Source: a virus
Virus record (IMG/VR): IMGVR_UViG_3300042387_002391
DNA: 64,000 nucleotides
Strand: one strand, 5' to 3'
A model generated the notes under the pieces. That model was given only the letters and a program-made list of their open reading frames with translations, was not told where the DNA came from and did not search any database. Positions 8,783-18,250 of this stretch are shown here, piece by piece (position 1 is the first letter of the stretch; the number at the start of each line of letters is the position of its first letter). The translations under genes were made by a program, and so were the position numbers.

Positions 8783-10384
8783 ATGGAAATCAAAATATCT
8801 CAAGTGGCAAATGCATCAAAAATTCCGAATCATAAATATGCAAATTTATATAAAGAAATTCTAAATTACACTTCTTTCTTAGACGAAAATACGATTTTTG
8901 TTGTGAGATGGTGGTATTGGGAAAACAAAATAACCTCACCTGTTTTGTGTGCTTGTGGTTGCAATAAGCCAATGATCCGACCCCACAAAACAAAGTATCT
9001 GCAAGGCCACTCTAATTCTTCTGAAGAAGTAAAGCAAAACAAAATAAAAGCACTTCAAGAAAAATATGGTTCAGACATCACAAATGTTTCTCAACTCGAC
9101 GACGTAAAACAAAAGAAAGAACAAACGTTTTTAGAAAAATTTGGAACGACTTCTCCGTTAGATAGAAAATTAGTAGAACCAATTTGGCAAGAAAAGTATG
9201 GAGTGGACAATCCTTCTAGGCTTGCTTCAACAAAACAAAAACTTTCAGAGACTCATAAAATTATTCAGAATAGTCCAGAAGTGCAAGAAAAAAGAAAGAA
9301 TACAAGAAAAGTTAATTTTTATGAGAGTTTAAAAACTCATCCGCTTTGGGAGCCTTTGTTCACTCTCGAAGAATACAAAGGAGCAAATAACGGAAACTTT
9401 TATCAATTCAAATGCAGAATATGTGCAACAATAAGAACAAACGAACTAAATGAAGGAACAAACTTTCGTTGCTATACTTGTTCTCCTCGCATTGATTCTG
9501 GTGGCCAATCAAAGGCAGAACATAAGCTAGAATTGTTCTGCAAGAGCATCTCAGACAGTTTTGAAACGCAAAATAGACAAATCATATCACCATTTGAAAT
9601 TGATTTGTACTCAGAAAAACTTAAACTTGGAATTGAACATCACGGTCTATATTGGCATTCTAGTCAACAAAGAGGAAATAAATTTGGCCATCGCAAAAAA
9701 ATGCAGAGCTGCGAAGAAAAAGGAATTCGACTTATTCAAATTTTTGAGGATGAATGGAGGGACAAGCCACAAATCGTAAAATCACGCATTCGACATATAT
9801 GCGGTCTAACAAAATATAAAATTTTTGCAAGAAAATGTAGAGTGATTAAAATAGAAGATAAGGTACTAAAAAAGAAATTTCTTGACAAATATCATATTCA
9901 AGGTAATGATAAATCTTCCGTCTGGTACGGTCTGACTTATAAAAATCGGCTGGTTTCCGTCATGACGTTTGGATCTCCACGAAATGCTCTTGGCAATAAA
10001 AAGAAAGTAGAAGGAAATTGGGAACTTGTTCGTTATTGCACTGTTCAAAACTTTAGCATTGTTGGTGGTGCACAAAGACTAGTCAAACACTTTATACAAG
10101 ACCATAAGCCAAGCAAAGTAATAACATATGCTGATGCAAGATGGTCCCAAGGAAACTTGTACGAACAAATCGGATTTACCAAAACAGGATTTACTTTGCC
10201 AAATTATCATTACGTTGTCAACAACAAAAGAGTCCACCGTTTTGCCTATCAAAAGCATACACTAGCAGAAAAATTGGAAATATTTGATCCAGCTCTTTCT
10301 GAAACAGAAAACATGAGTAGAAATGGTTATTATCAAATTTGGGATTGTGGTCACTATCGCTACGAAATGACATTTGAAAATTGA
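8783..10384 (+). mobile_element. Hef-like homing endonuclease with C-terminal GNAT/Mom-like domain
   Basis: CACGC Zn module, EKYG repeats, EIDLY....GIEHHGLYWHS nuclease core, then FARKC...WELVRYC...TYADARWS.GNLY...WDCG. Confidence 0.8.
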
Positions 10385-10899
10385 TGAACAACATTGTCTT
10401 TAGTCTAGTTGGACCTCATGCTGGTCAATCTCTCAAAGAAATCTTTGAAAGAAAAATCAAAGATTGTGAAACTCTCAACGAAACTTTTTGGGTTTATCAA
10501 TCTTCTCGCTGCACAAAAAGCCTTTTTGGTACTCATAAGCCTTCTGAAATCTTTTTCATCTCTGCTTCTAAACCTGGTGCTGCAAAACAAACAAAGTCCT
10601 CTACTCTTGCTCAACAATTCTTCAAAAACAATCAATGGTTTGACTTCAACAAAGATCTCTCACCAGTGACTGGAAGAATCCACTCAAAATCAACTGCATT
10701 TCAGTTAACAAATCTTAGGATGGTCCAGGAGACACTCGACTTCAACAATTACATCGACATCGTTACAAACAAACCTTTGCGCTTTTCTCAATTCTGCTCA
10801 ACGACAATTGGAGCAATATCCAAAAATAACACAGAAGAATCCCGTATAAGAACAATTTGTGCCAAAGCAACACTAAAGAACATTGTTACAATCCGTTGA
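10381..10899 (+). CDS. Hypothetical protein
   Basis: 172-aa ORF coupled to the upstream stop. VGPHAGQSL.EI..RK motif. Confidence 0.6.
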   Translation: MMNNIVFSLVGPHAGQSLKEIFERKIKDCETLNETFWVYQSSRCTKSLFGTHKPSEIFFISASKPGAAKQTKSSTLAQQFFKNNQWFDFNKDLSPVTGRIHSKSTAFQLTNLRMVQETLDFNNYIDIVTNKPLRFSQFCSTTIGAISKNNTEESRIRTICAKATLKNIVTIR

Positions 10900-10929
10900 C
10901 AATCTCAAAAACTCTTTTAAAATTTCATC

Positions 10930-11523
10930 ATGCTACGAAATCGCATTGAAGGTCCTCTCAATAAAGCTAGTCTCAAACAATTTCTCAAAAGCGAGCCTTC
11001 TCTGGAATATCTCGGAGAGTCCGTAAAAACTGCAAAGGGCACTATTAAATTTGATGGAGTTGTTCTTGATAGTATTACAGATATTAAAATTGCAATAAAG
11101 CTCAAAGAAGCACAAGACTATCTATATCCCATCAAGGCAATGGAAGTTGATGAGGCTCGCTGGGCAGCTAATAAAAGCGATTATAAAGTAATTGAAATTC
11201 CTTATTTTATTCAGCTCACAAACGATTCTTTTGAACATTATTTTGGAAGAGCACCGCAAGTTCCAATTCTTTCTGATCATTCTTCTGGTTTTGAAGATCC
11301 CTCACTCATTCCTCCAGCAAATTTCTGCTCAATGGGCACAAGCAACTTTTTGAAAGAGCTTGGTGAACTACCAGGAGAAACCTTTGGAGTTGTTTATGAA
11401 AGTTTGCTTGATAGAAGCTTTCTAGGAAACGGAGATCCATATCTCACAATGCCAATTGATATGCTTGATGAAGAATTTTGGGAAATGTTTGATGAAGATG
11501 ACGATGAAGATGAAGAAAATTAG
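10930..11523 (+). CDS. Hypothetical protein, possibly a degenerate restriction-fold (DUF559-like) protein with acidic tail
   Basis: YKVIEIPYFIQLT...PANFC.MG. Upstream TTGACA(10896)-N16-TAAAAT-N6-ATG. Confidence 0.55.
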   Translation: MLRNRIEGPLNKASLKQFLKSEPSLEYLGESVKTAKGTIKFDGVVLDSITDIKIAIKLKEAQDYLYPIKAMEVDEARWAANKSDYKVIEIPYFIQLTNDSFEHYFGRAPQVPILSDHSSGFEDPSLIPPANFCSMGTSNFLKELGELPGETFGVVYESLLDRSFLGNGDPYLTMPIDMLDEEFWEMFDEDDDEDEEN

Positions 11524-11544
11524 CCAAATTAGATAAATAAGATT

Positions 11545-12063
11545 ATGGCTAACACAACCCTAACTCTTGAACTTACGGGAGACATTCTCTCTTCATCTTT
11601 CACATCCCTTGCAGAAGGCACTCTTTCTTCTGACAACGTAACAGTCCGGATTCCAACTTCTTTTTCTCATCCTGTAACTGCTGTTGTTACTGGCATTGAG
11701 TTTTCTGAAAACAAATCCGGTGCTCCAATCTTTCTCGGCGGAGCGATTGGTTCAATTTTCTTTGCTCGTAATGATGTTTCTTTTCCGCAAGTTATTTCCT
11801 TCAACGGAACTTCAAGGAGCTCTGTAAACGTTTCTGTGTCTGCTACTGGCAATCCTTGCGCAGTTGGCATTCAAGCACTGAACTGCATCGTTTCTCTTAG
11901 TTCTACAGCACTTTCTGGAAACAGCACAGGAGCAAGCATTCCAGTAACTGTTGATAACACTTCTATTACTCTTACATCTACTGTAAGCGCAATCAATACT
12001 CCTTATGCAGGCAGAACTTGCAAATCTGAGTTCTTCCGCCTTCGCAATCTTGAGTATTGTTAA
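11545..12063 (+). CDS. Ser/Thr-rich late protein, probably structural
   Basis: Beta-rich composition. TAAATA 5 nt upstream and followed by a terminator. Confidence 0.6.
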   Translation: MANTTLTLELTGDILSSSFTSLAEGTLSSDNVTVRIPTSFSHPVTAVVTGIEFSENKSGAPIFLGGAIGSIFFARNDVSFPQVISFNGTSRSSVNVSVSATGNPCAVGIQALNCIVSLSSTALSGNSTGASIPVTVDNTSITLTSTVSAINTPYAGRTCKSEFFRLRNLEYC

Positions 12064-12084
12064 GATTCTTGTTCATAAAAATAG

Positions 12085-12113
12085 AAAAAGGCCCTTTTCG
12101 AAGGGCCTTTTTT
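12085..12113. terminator. Rho-independent terminator
   Basis: aaaaaggccctt-ttcg-aagggcctttttt. Confidence 0.9.
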
Positions 12114-12150
12114 GTTGAACCTTTGAAAAATTCTTCTAAATTATTAGCAT

Positions 12151-12300
12151 ATGAGTACAAACCAAGCAGGCAAAGGCGACAAGCCTCGTCCAGTAGACAA
12201 AAAGCAATACAATAACAACTTCGATCAAATTTCTTGGAGTTCTAAGAATTCTGTAGAGCAAAAGAAAGTAAAGAACAAGACAGTTTATACATATAAGTGA
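12151..12300 (+). CDS. Small conserved phage protein (GKGDKPRP family), missing from the ORF track
   Basis: MSTNQAGKGDKPRPVDKKQYNNNFDQISW...TYK (49 aa). Confidence 0.7.
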   Translation: MSTNQAGKGDKPRPVDKKQYNNNFDQISWSSKNSVEQKKVKNKTVYTYK

Positions 12301-12329
12301 TAATTTTGCAATTTTGAATAAATAACTGG

Positions 12330-13289
12330 ATGATTTCATTTGCTAAGTTTTTCAAAACAAAACAAATTCTTGCAGAAGGCGGAAACGTTTTTGATGAGAC
12401 TGCTCCAATTAAAAAAGAACATATTAATCCAACTCTTAAAGAATTCTTCAAACAGTTTGGAGAAGTATTTCCGAAAGCTCATCCACACTTTGAAGGCGTC
12501 CGCACGCTCGGATCAGTTGGCAAGAAAGACTATTCTGGCGACATTGATCTTGCTCTTTCTGAAGATTCATTTAAAGATATTTCTGATTGGGGACTTGACG
12601 AAAAGCGCGTTCAAGAACTTTTTGTTGGTTTTAAAAAGCGAGCAAAGACTTCAACAGATGCTCAGCTAATCAAGCGCTCTGTTATTGTCGCAATTGCTGA
12701 AAAAATTCAAGCTTCAGATAAACAGATTATTGTTGATGTCAAAGGATCTTCTACTGGCTCTCTGTTCTGCCAATTTCCTCAGTTCGATGAAAAGGGAAAA
12801 GAAGTTGGACAAAATGTTCAGATTGACATTAATGTTGGTGATATCGATTGGCTAACATTTGCTTATCACTCTGCAACATACAAAGGAAACGTGAAGGGTT
12901 TGCACAGAACTCAGCTTCTTGTTGCACTCTTCTCTCACAAAGGTTATACATTTTCGCACAACTACGGAGTCAAGCACAAAGTAACTCAAGAAATTGAAGC
13001 TTCTTCTCCAAAACAAGCACTGGATTTGCTCAATAGCTCGTATGGCATTGATTTGACAATGGACACAGTTGGAGACTATTTTAAACTAATTGAAGTGCTC
13101 AAAAATAACCTTTCAGAAGAAGACTTGCATGCTGTCTATGACACATACTTAAAAATCCTTGACAGCACACGAGCTGACATTCCAGAAGATCTTCAACAAT
13201 ACTGGATTGATAACCAAGAGCGCTTGAATTTGAAAGGCAAATTTCTTCCAGAAGATTCAAACTTAACACAATACAAGAAGGAGCAATAA
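12330..13289 (+). CDS. Pol-beta-superfamily nucleotidyltransferase A
   Basis: LGSVGKKDYSGDIDL (GS-x8-DxD) and a third Asp in VQIDI. Leader MISFAKFFKTKQILAE. TAAATA 5 nt upstream. Confidence 0.8.
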   Translation: MISFAKFFKTKQILAEGGNVFDETAPIKKEHINPTLKEFFKQFGEVFPKAHPHFEGVRTLGSVGKKDYSGDIDLALSEDSFKDISDWGLDEKRVQELFVGFKKRAKTSTDAQLIKRSVIVAIAEKIQASDKQIIVDVKGSSTGSLFCQFPQFDEKGKEVGQNVQIDINVGDIDWLTFAYHSATYKGNVKGLHRTQLLVALFSHKGYTFSHNYGVKHKVTQEIEASSPKQALDLLNSSYGIDLTMDTVGDYFKLIEVLKNNLSEEDLHAVYDTYLKILDSTRADIPEDLQQYWIDNQERLNLKGKFLPEDSNLTQYKKEQ

Positions 13290-13290
13290 T

Positions 13291-14727
13291 ATGAGTGGAG
13301 TAGCTGGCGGCAACAGAATTAAAAAAGAAAGAGTTCAGGAAACCTTTGCAAACTATATCGAAAAGGTTTTAACAAAAATTCCTGGTTTCAAACATGCAAC
13401 GCTTTCCGGAAGCATTAAGACAGGATCAAAAGCAGATTTTGGTGATTTGGATTTAATTGTTTCATTCGAAGGCGAAGACAAGAAAGAAGTCAAACAACGA
13501 ATTGTTGATGCAGTCATGGCACTTCCTTCTGATGTTATTGTTCCTTTCAAAAGCGACAAATACAAAGGAAAGCGCTATTATAACTCTGGTGAAATGATTT
13601 CTGTTCTCTTTCCAATTAGCGGAGAACCAGACCAATTCATTCAAGTTGATAACATTATTGCTTTGTCTGAAGAAGAGCACAATTTTAAAAACAGCTTTCT
13701 TGACCTTCCTGCTGAAAAGCAAGGTCTGATGATTGGTCTGACAAAAGTTGCTCTTCTCGAAGAAGAACCTTCTAAAGTATTTGCTCGCTTGGGTATTGCA
13801 AATCTTCCGGAACTTGAAGAAAGCGAAGAATTTGAATTTAACCTGAGCTCCGTCAAGCTAACTCTGAGAAAAGTAAAGCTCGAAGATTTTAAAGAAGTTT
13901 CTCGGGAAGAAGTTTGGAGTTCAGCAGATTGGAGCAAAGTCGAAGATCTGCTGCAAGCATTTGATTTGCAAGGAACATTCGAAGAGCTTCTTGAAGAAAT
14001 TTCTTTGAAACTCAAAAATCCAAGATCGAAGAATCGTGTATCTGGAATTTTCAGAAGCATGGTCAGTGTTAAGAGTGGCGAAGTTGGAACACCAAAAGGA
14101 GCAAGCAAAGAAGCAGCCTTGCAAAAAGTTTCTCAGAGACTTGCTGAGTCACTTGAAGATGGCTCAAACGTTGTTGCAATTTATGCTGGAGGATTTAAAC
14201 CACCACACAAAGCTCACTTTGAAAATGCCAAGATTCTTTCTGCAAAATCTGACAAGTTGATTGTTTTCATTGGCTCAAAAATACGTGATGGCGAAATTAA
14301 GATTACTCCAGAACAATCAAAAGAAATTTGGGGAATTTATTCAAAATATATCAGCGTTCCAGTCGAGATTCGTATTAGTCCTGTTACTCCAATCAAAGAT
14401 ACATATGACTGGGTTGATGCTAATCAAGACAAGGTTGATCAAATCATTACAGGAACGACTGCAGAAGAAATGAAGAAGTTTGCTTACTTCATAAAGAATG
14501 CAGACAAATATCCAAAAGTCAAACTCGAAGAACTACCAATTATTACTTCCGGAGAAGACGAAAAATTTTCTGCAAGCGATTTAAGGAAGTCTGAGCAATT
14601 TATTGCAGAAGGCTCATGGGTTCCTTCAATTCTTTCAGAAGAAGATAAGAAAGAAGTTATTGACATTATTCTTCCGAAAGTTGAATCATTCAAGAAGTTC
14701 TTTTCGAAGAAAAAGTTCTTGATCTAA
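13291..14727 (+). CDS. Pol-beta nucleotidyltransferase B fused to a HIGH-motif (cytidylyltransferase-like) domain
   Basis: SGSIKTGSKADFGDLDL and IQVDN. C-terminal AIYAGGFKPPHKAH and SASDLR. Confidence 0.8.
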   Translation: MSGVAGGNRIKKERVQETFANYIEKVLTKIPGFKHATLSGSIKTGSKADFGDLDLIVSFEGEDKKEVKQRIVDAVMALPSDVIVPFKSDKYKGKRYYNSGEMISVLFPISGEPDQFIQVDNIIALSEEEHNFKNSFLDLPAEKQGLMIGLTKVALLEEEPSKVFARLGIANLPELEESEEFEFNLSSVKLTLRKVKLEDFKEVSREEVWSSADWSKVEDLLQAFDLQGTFEELLEEISLKLKNPRSKNRVSGIFRSMVSVKSGEVGTPKGASKEAALQKVSQRLAESLEDGSNVVAIYAGGFKPPHKAHFENAKILSAKSDKLIVFIGSKIRDGEIKITPEQSKEIWGIYSKYISVPVEIRISPVTPIKDTYDWVDANQDKVDQIITGTTAEEMKKFAYFIKNADKYPKVKLEELPIITSGEDEKFSASDLRKSEQFIAEGSWVPSILSEEDKKEVIDIILPKVESFKKFFSKKKFLI

Positions 14728-15083
14728 AGAACTTGAATTTCCAGAATCTTATTAAAGAAAGAAGAAGTTGTCTTTCCTTCAAAGTTTGGAAGAATTTCGG
14801 TGCGTAGTGCTGATACGCGATAATCAAAGTACATCAGACCTTCGTCTTCATGATATTCGATGTTAAAAGGAATCGGAACTTCCATGTTTTCGCGATGTCC
14901 CTTCTCGCTCATCAAGGAAATCAGAATATAATAATTTGAACGACTGAACAACATCAACTTTCCTTTTCTCAAAGTGCGATTGTCCATTGAAACAACAATT
15001 TGTTTCTGCAAGCACTTCATGAAGAAGGGCTCACCAGGAACTTGGTCTAAAGAAATAAGAGCTGGAATAAAATCGTTCATCAA
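14724..15083 (-). CDS. Hypothetical protein
   Basis: 119-aa ORF with ATGA overlap to the upstream gene. Confidence 0.65.
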   Translation of the reverse strand: MMNDFIPALISLDQVPGEPFFMKCLQKQIVVSMDNRTLRKGKLMLFSRSNYYILISLMSEKGHRENMEVPIPFNIEYHEDEGLMYFDYRVSALRTEILPNFEGKTTSSFFNKILEIQVL

Positions 15084-15466
15084 GTGTCCATGAATTGAGC
15101 TTTTTGTGCTGCAGACATTTGTGCCAAGCGCTCGTTAAAGTAGTTCCAAAATGGAGTGGGATCCGGAGATGTTTTTATAACAGCAATGACATCAACATCA
15201 TCACAATTAATCATTCTCCAGTTTTGATAAAAGATATCAAAGGTAACAATAAGGTTTTTTGCAGCCGGGCTATATTTTAAATTTCCTCGTGCCGGCTGAT
15301 AGTTAAACGTCTTTTTGCCAACAGCAGACATTAGAAGCTTTTGATCATTTGTGCAAAGCATTCTGCGATAGTCTTTGAAGCCTGGCTTTTCGTTTCGCCT
15401 ATGAAAGCGCAGCTCTGCAGCATTTGTTGCAAGCAACATCCACAGAGCTGTTCTTCCAATTCTCAT
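15080..15466 (-). CDS. Hypothetical protein, possible SH3/WYL-like (DUF2693-type) fold
   Basis: ELRF.RR...RRMLCT...FDI..Q.WRMIN pattern. TAATTA 6 nt upstream. Confidence 0.5.
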   Translation of the reverse strand: MRIGRTALWMLLATNAAELRFHRRNEKPGFKDYRRMLCTNDQKLLMSAVGKKTFNYQPARGNLKYSPAAKNLIVTFDIFYQNWRMINCDDVDVIAVIKTSPDPTPFWNYFNERLAQMSAAQKAQFMDT

Positions 15467-15475
15467 GAGGTTTAA

Positions 15476-15868
15476 TTATTGAGCAGGCGAACAAATTCCA
15501 AAGATTCGTTCTTCGTTCAAGAAAATACTCATGCGACCATCTTTCTTGATTGCTGGTAGACCTTTGTCACCTGGAAAAATAACGAAGTGACCTTTTTTGA
15601 CTTGTCTTGTTCCTGGTCCAGCAAGAATGACTTCTCCAACGCGCCAAGCTTTTTGTTCAGCAACTGAGTTCGGAATGACAATACCGTTACGAACAAGCGA
15701 GCGTCCGTCAGACGGGTCGACATCCAAATATACGACTTGCAGAGTATCTCCAAGAAGCTCAGTAATTTCATAGTCTTCAGGAAGAGGGCAATTCTTATAT
15801 TGATCAATTTCTGCTAGTCCGTTGTTTTCGCGTGTTAGTCGGTGTGAGTGTGGTGTTTGTTCTTCCAT
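15476..15868 (-). CDS. groES: GroES-like co-chaperonin
   Basis: LGD.L.V...RNGIVIP...GEVILAGPG..QVK.G..V.F...FLNEERIFG. Confidence 0.85.
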   Translation of the reverse strand: MEEQTPHSHRLTRENNGLAEIDQYKNCPLPEDYEITELLGDTLQVVYLDVDPSDGRSLVRNGIVIPNSVAEQKAWRVGEVILAGPGTRQVKKGHFVIFPGDKGLPAIKKDGRMSIFLNEERIFGICSPAQ

Positions 15869-15883
15869 AAAGTTATAAGTAAA

Positions 15884-16255
15884 TTATACAGGTTTCTCCT
15901 GCAAGTCAAGCGATTCTTTGAAGGCAAGTAAAGAAATTACTTCTTTTTCAGAAAGTTCATACTTAGCTGATAGAAGTTTAATGCGTTTGTCTTCTTCTTG
16001 TATTTCTTCCTGAGCCTTTTTGATATAATTTATTCTTGGAGCATAGCTCATTTTTGGAAAAAGAGTTAGCATCATTTTGTAGTGCATTTCTTTATTTTCA
16101 AGAAGCGTTTGATTGTTAAATTGATTAATTGTTTCAGCAACGGCTGGATTGACAAAACTTAACCAACGGTTGATCATAAAAGGAGTGTAATTGTCTAGAG
16201 GCAAATTACCCTTTTTGGTTACAAAAATGTCTTTGAGATAATCAAAAGGCGTCAC
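15884..16255 (-). CDS. gp62: Clamp loader small subunit (T4 gp62-like)
   Basis: PFDYLKDI..KK....YTPFMINRWLS...YIKK...Y.LS.KE. Confidence 0.8.
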   Translation of the reverse strand: MTPFDYLKDIFVTKKGNLPLDNYTPFMINRWLSFVNPAVAETINQFNNQTLLENKEMHYKMMLTLFPKMSYAPRINYIKKAQEEIQEEDKRIKLLSAKYELSEKEVISLLAFKESLDLQEKPV

Positions 16256-16769
16256 GACGTGTTTCTATAAAAATACTTTTTGTTAGATGTTTGAAAGACT
16301 CAACAGCATTAAATTTAAATTCTTCTAATCTATCGTTTCTTAAATCAAGCTTACAAAACTCTTCTCGGTCTGTCTCCATTGGAAATACAATATGAAAGAC
16401 AATAGAATCTTTGATCTTGTTCAGCATTGAAAGCGAAGCTTGAACATCTTCAGCAAATATACAACTTTCGTCAACAAAGCAATTCTTTCCTCCAATTGTT
16501 GAAAGAAGTGATCCAAGCATTGTTGCATATAGCCTCTGAAAACAAACTCCTCCAAAAAGATCCGTACTTGGAAGCTCGACAGCAAGAACAAGAGCTCTTT
16601 GCAGAACGAGAGGGCCAATCAGCACTGAAGATTCGAAGCACAGAACATCTCCAAGAGGTGAAACATCTTCTCCAAGTATTTTCAGAGCAAACCTTTGTTG
16701 AACGAGGCGACAGTCATAAAAACCTTGCTCATTTAACAAAGGTTGAATTTGTTTGTTATTTAAAATCAT
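16242..16769 (-). CDS. DUF366-like protein (BPL/lipoate-ligase-type fold)
   Basis: YD..L...RFA...G.V.CF...VELP..DLFGGVCFQRL. Assignment from memory of the family. Confidence 0.5.
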   Translation of the reverse strand: MILNNKQIQPLLNEQGFYDCRLVQQRFALKILGEDVSPLGDVLCFESSVLIGPLVLQRALVLAVELPSTDLFGGVCFQRLYATMLGSLLSTIGGKNCFVDESCIFAEDVQASLSMLNKIKDSIVFHIVFPMETDREEFCKLDLRNDRLEEFKFNAVESFKHLTKSIFIETRRDAF

Positions 16770-17443
16770 TTGCAGTAGTGTTGTTTGAATTTAATGTTTG
16801 CTTCAGTCCATTCTGGAGTCAGCATTGAATCTCCAAGACCGTGATGAATAACTCTTATTGGAAGAACTCCACAAGATACTTTCTTTTCATTTGCATCCAA
16901 GCAAAAGGACAGGTCGTAGAAGTGAAAGGAAAATGTACTATTAAATACTAGGCCTTTGTCAGCAAGATCTTTCACTTTACAGCTCACAAACAAACCATCA
17001 ATAACAAGTGCACGGCTTTTTGTCTTTCCAAAGCACGTTGTCCAAATGTCTCCTTCTTTGTTAATGTGAGCAACTTCTCCAACAAAGTCTTCTCGAGGTG
17101 CACAAAGATGCCAAGCAAGCTTATCAGCTGCCTTGTTGAACGATTTAGCGCCAGCAAGACCTGTAATCGAGTATGGACTATGAATCAGCTTCTCATACAA
17201 GAACAAATCTTCTAGAACAACGTCATCATGAACAAACAGAGCAGTCTTGTCAAGGTGATCAGGATTGTTCAAAATTTCATTATAGCACTCAGACAAACCT
17301 CTTTTATTATCTTTAAAGATATGGAAGGCGATTTTTGAATTTCCTTCATACAGCTTTTTAAGACTCTGAAAGATTGGCCTCTGCTCAAATTCTTTGTCAG
17401 TCTTTGCTTTTGTGCAAGTAACAATTAAAAGTTTGTCGCTCAT
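16766..17443 (-). CDS. GT-A fold glycosyltransferase (GT2-like)
   Basis: GLSECYN, LFVHDDV (DxD), GLAGA, IDGLF, FHFYDL.FC, HHG.G. Confidence 0.85.
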   Translation of the reverse strand: MSDKLLIVTCTKAKTDKEFEQRPIFQSLKKLYEGNSKIAFHIFKDNKRGLSECYNEILNNPDHLDKTALFVHDDVVLEDLFLYEKLIHSPYSITGLAGAKSFNKAADKLAWHLCAPREDFVGEVAHINKEGDIWTTCFGKTKSRALVIDGLFVSCKVKDLADKGLVFNSTFSFHFYDLSFCLDANEKKVSCGVLPIRVIHHGLGDSMLTPEWTEANIKFKQHYCK

Positions 17444-18231
17444 ATGTCTTTATAAGTCTTCTTGAGATAGTTAATGTTCTTTGTTGCAAGCTCGATTTGC
17501 TCTGGAGTTAAAGTCTGATCAAAATAAGCATTAGTTGTTGGAACACGAGTTGTGTCTCCCTTTTCAAAATCAATACCATTTATTGCTGCAAGAATTGTAT
17601 AGCAGCTGTCGGAACTGCGAATATTTGGAACTTTGTTCTTTAGATAAAAATCAAACTCATCATGCTCTCCCATTCCAAGAAGATGAACAGGTTTGAGAAG
17701 CAAGTTCTTTTCCATTAGTTCTTGGACACACTGGTTTCTTGAAACTGCAATTTGAGTATCCCATTCTGCATTATTCCAACACTTCGGAACAGCAATTTTG
17801 CTCAAACCAATGCACTTTACAAAAGGATTCATAACCATTGTTTTGTAGCACTCAAGCCATTCTTCTTTTGTAGAGCCTTGCGGGCAAGCAAAAATTGAAG
17901 TATGTGACATCAAACCTTTTTCTAGCATTTTTCCAATAAAGCTCGAAAAGTTTTTGAGAGTTTGTTCTTTATCAAACAAAACATCTGGAGCAATGACTTC
18001 GTCTGGCTTGAGTTCTGAAACAATTTTAAGAAGAACTTCTTCAGTTACAAGGCTGTGCTCTGCACTGCTGCAATCCATAGTAATAAAAGCCTTTGGAGAC
18101 CTATTGCGAATTTTTAGAAAGGTTCGTTTATAGTTTTCATCTTGAACATAATGGTGAGCAAGACCAAAATAGCGGTCTCCGTTATCCATGAGGTCAAGAT
18201 GTTTGTTTGGAGGAATTGCGTAGAATTTCAT
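17440..18231 (-). CDS. TGT/DpdA-like TIM-barrel protein (putative guanine transglycosylase)
   Basis: Ordered motifs MDCSS, APDV, CPQG, IGLS, HLLGMG, SSDSC match the order of TGT D102, D156, Q203, G230, LMGVG and D280. Confidence 0.55.
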   Translation of the reverse strand: MKFYAIPPNKHLDLMDNGDRYFGLAHHYVQDENYKRTFLKIRNRSPKAFITMDCSSAEHSLVTEEVLLKIVSELKPDEVIAPDVLFDKEQTLKNFSSFIGKMLEKGLMSHTSIFACPQGSTKEEWLECYKTMVMNPFVKCIGLSKIAVPKCWNNAEWDTQIAVSRNQCVQELMEKNLLLKPVHLLGMGEHDEFDFYLKNKVPNIRSSDSCYTILAAINGIDFEKGDTTRVPTTNAYFDQTLTPEQIELATKNINYLKKTYKDI

Positions 18232-18250
18232 AAAAGAATTATAATAGATT

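Noticed and set aside
6272-10384. Group I intron or intein hosting the endonucleases
   Set aside because: gp23 is uninterrupted and followed by a terminator. Both endonucleases are free-standing with their own promoter boxes.
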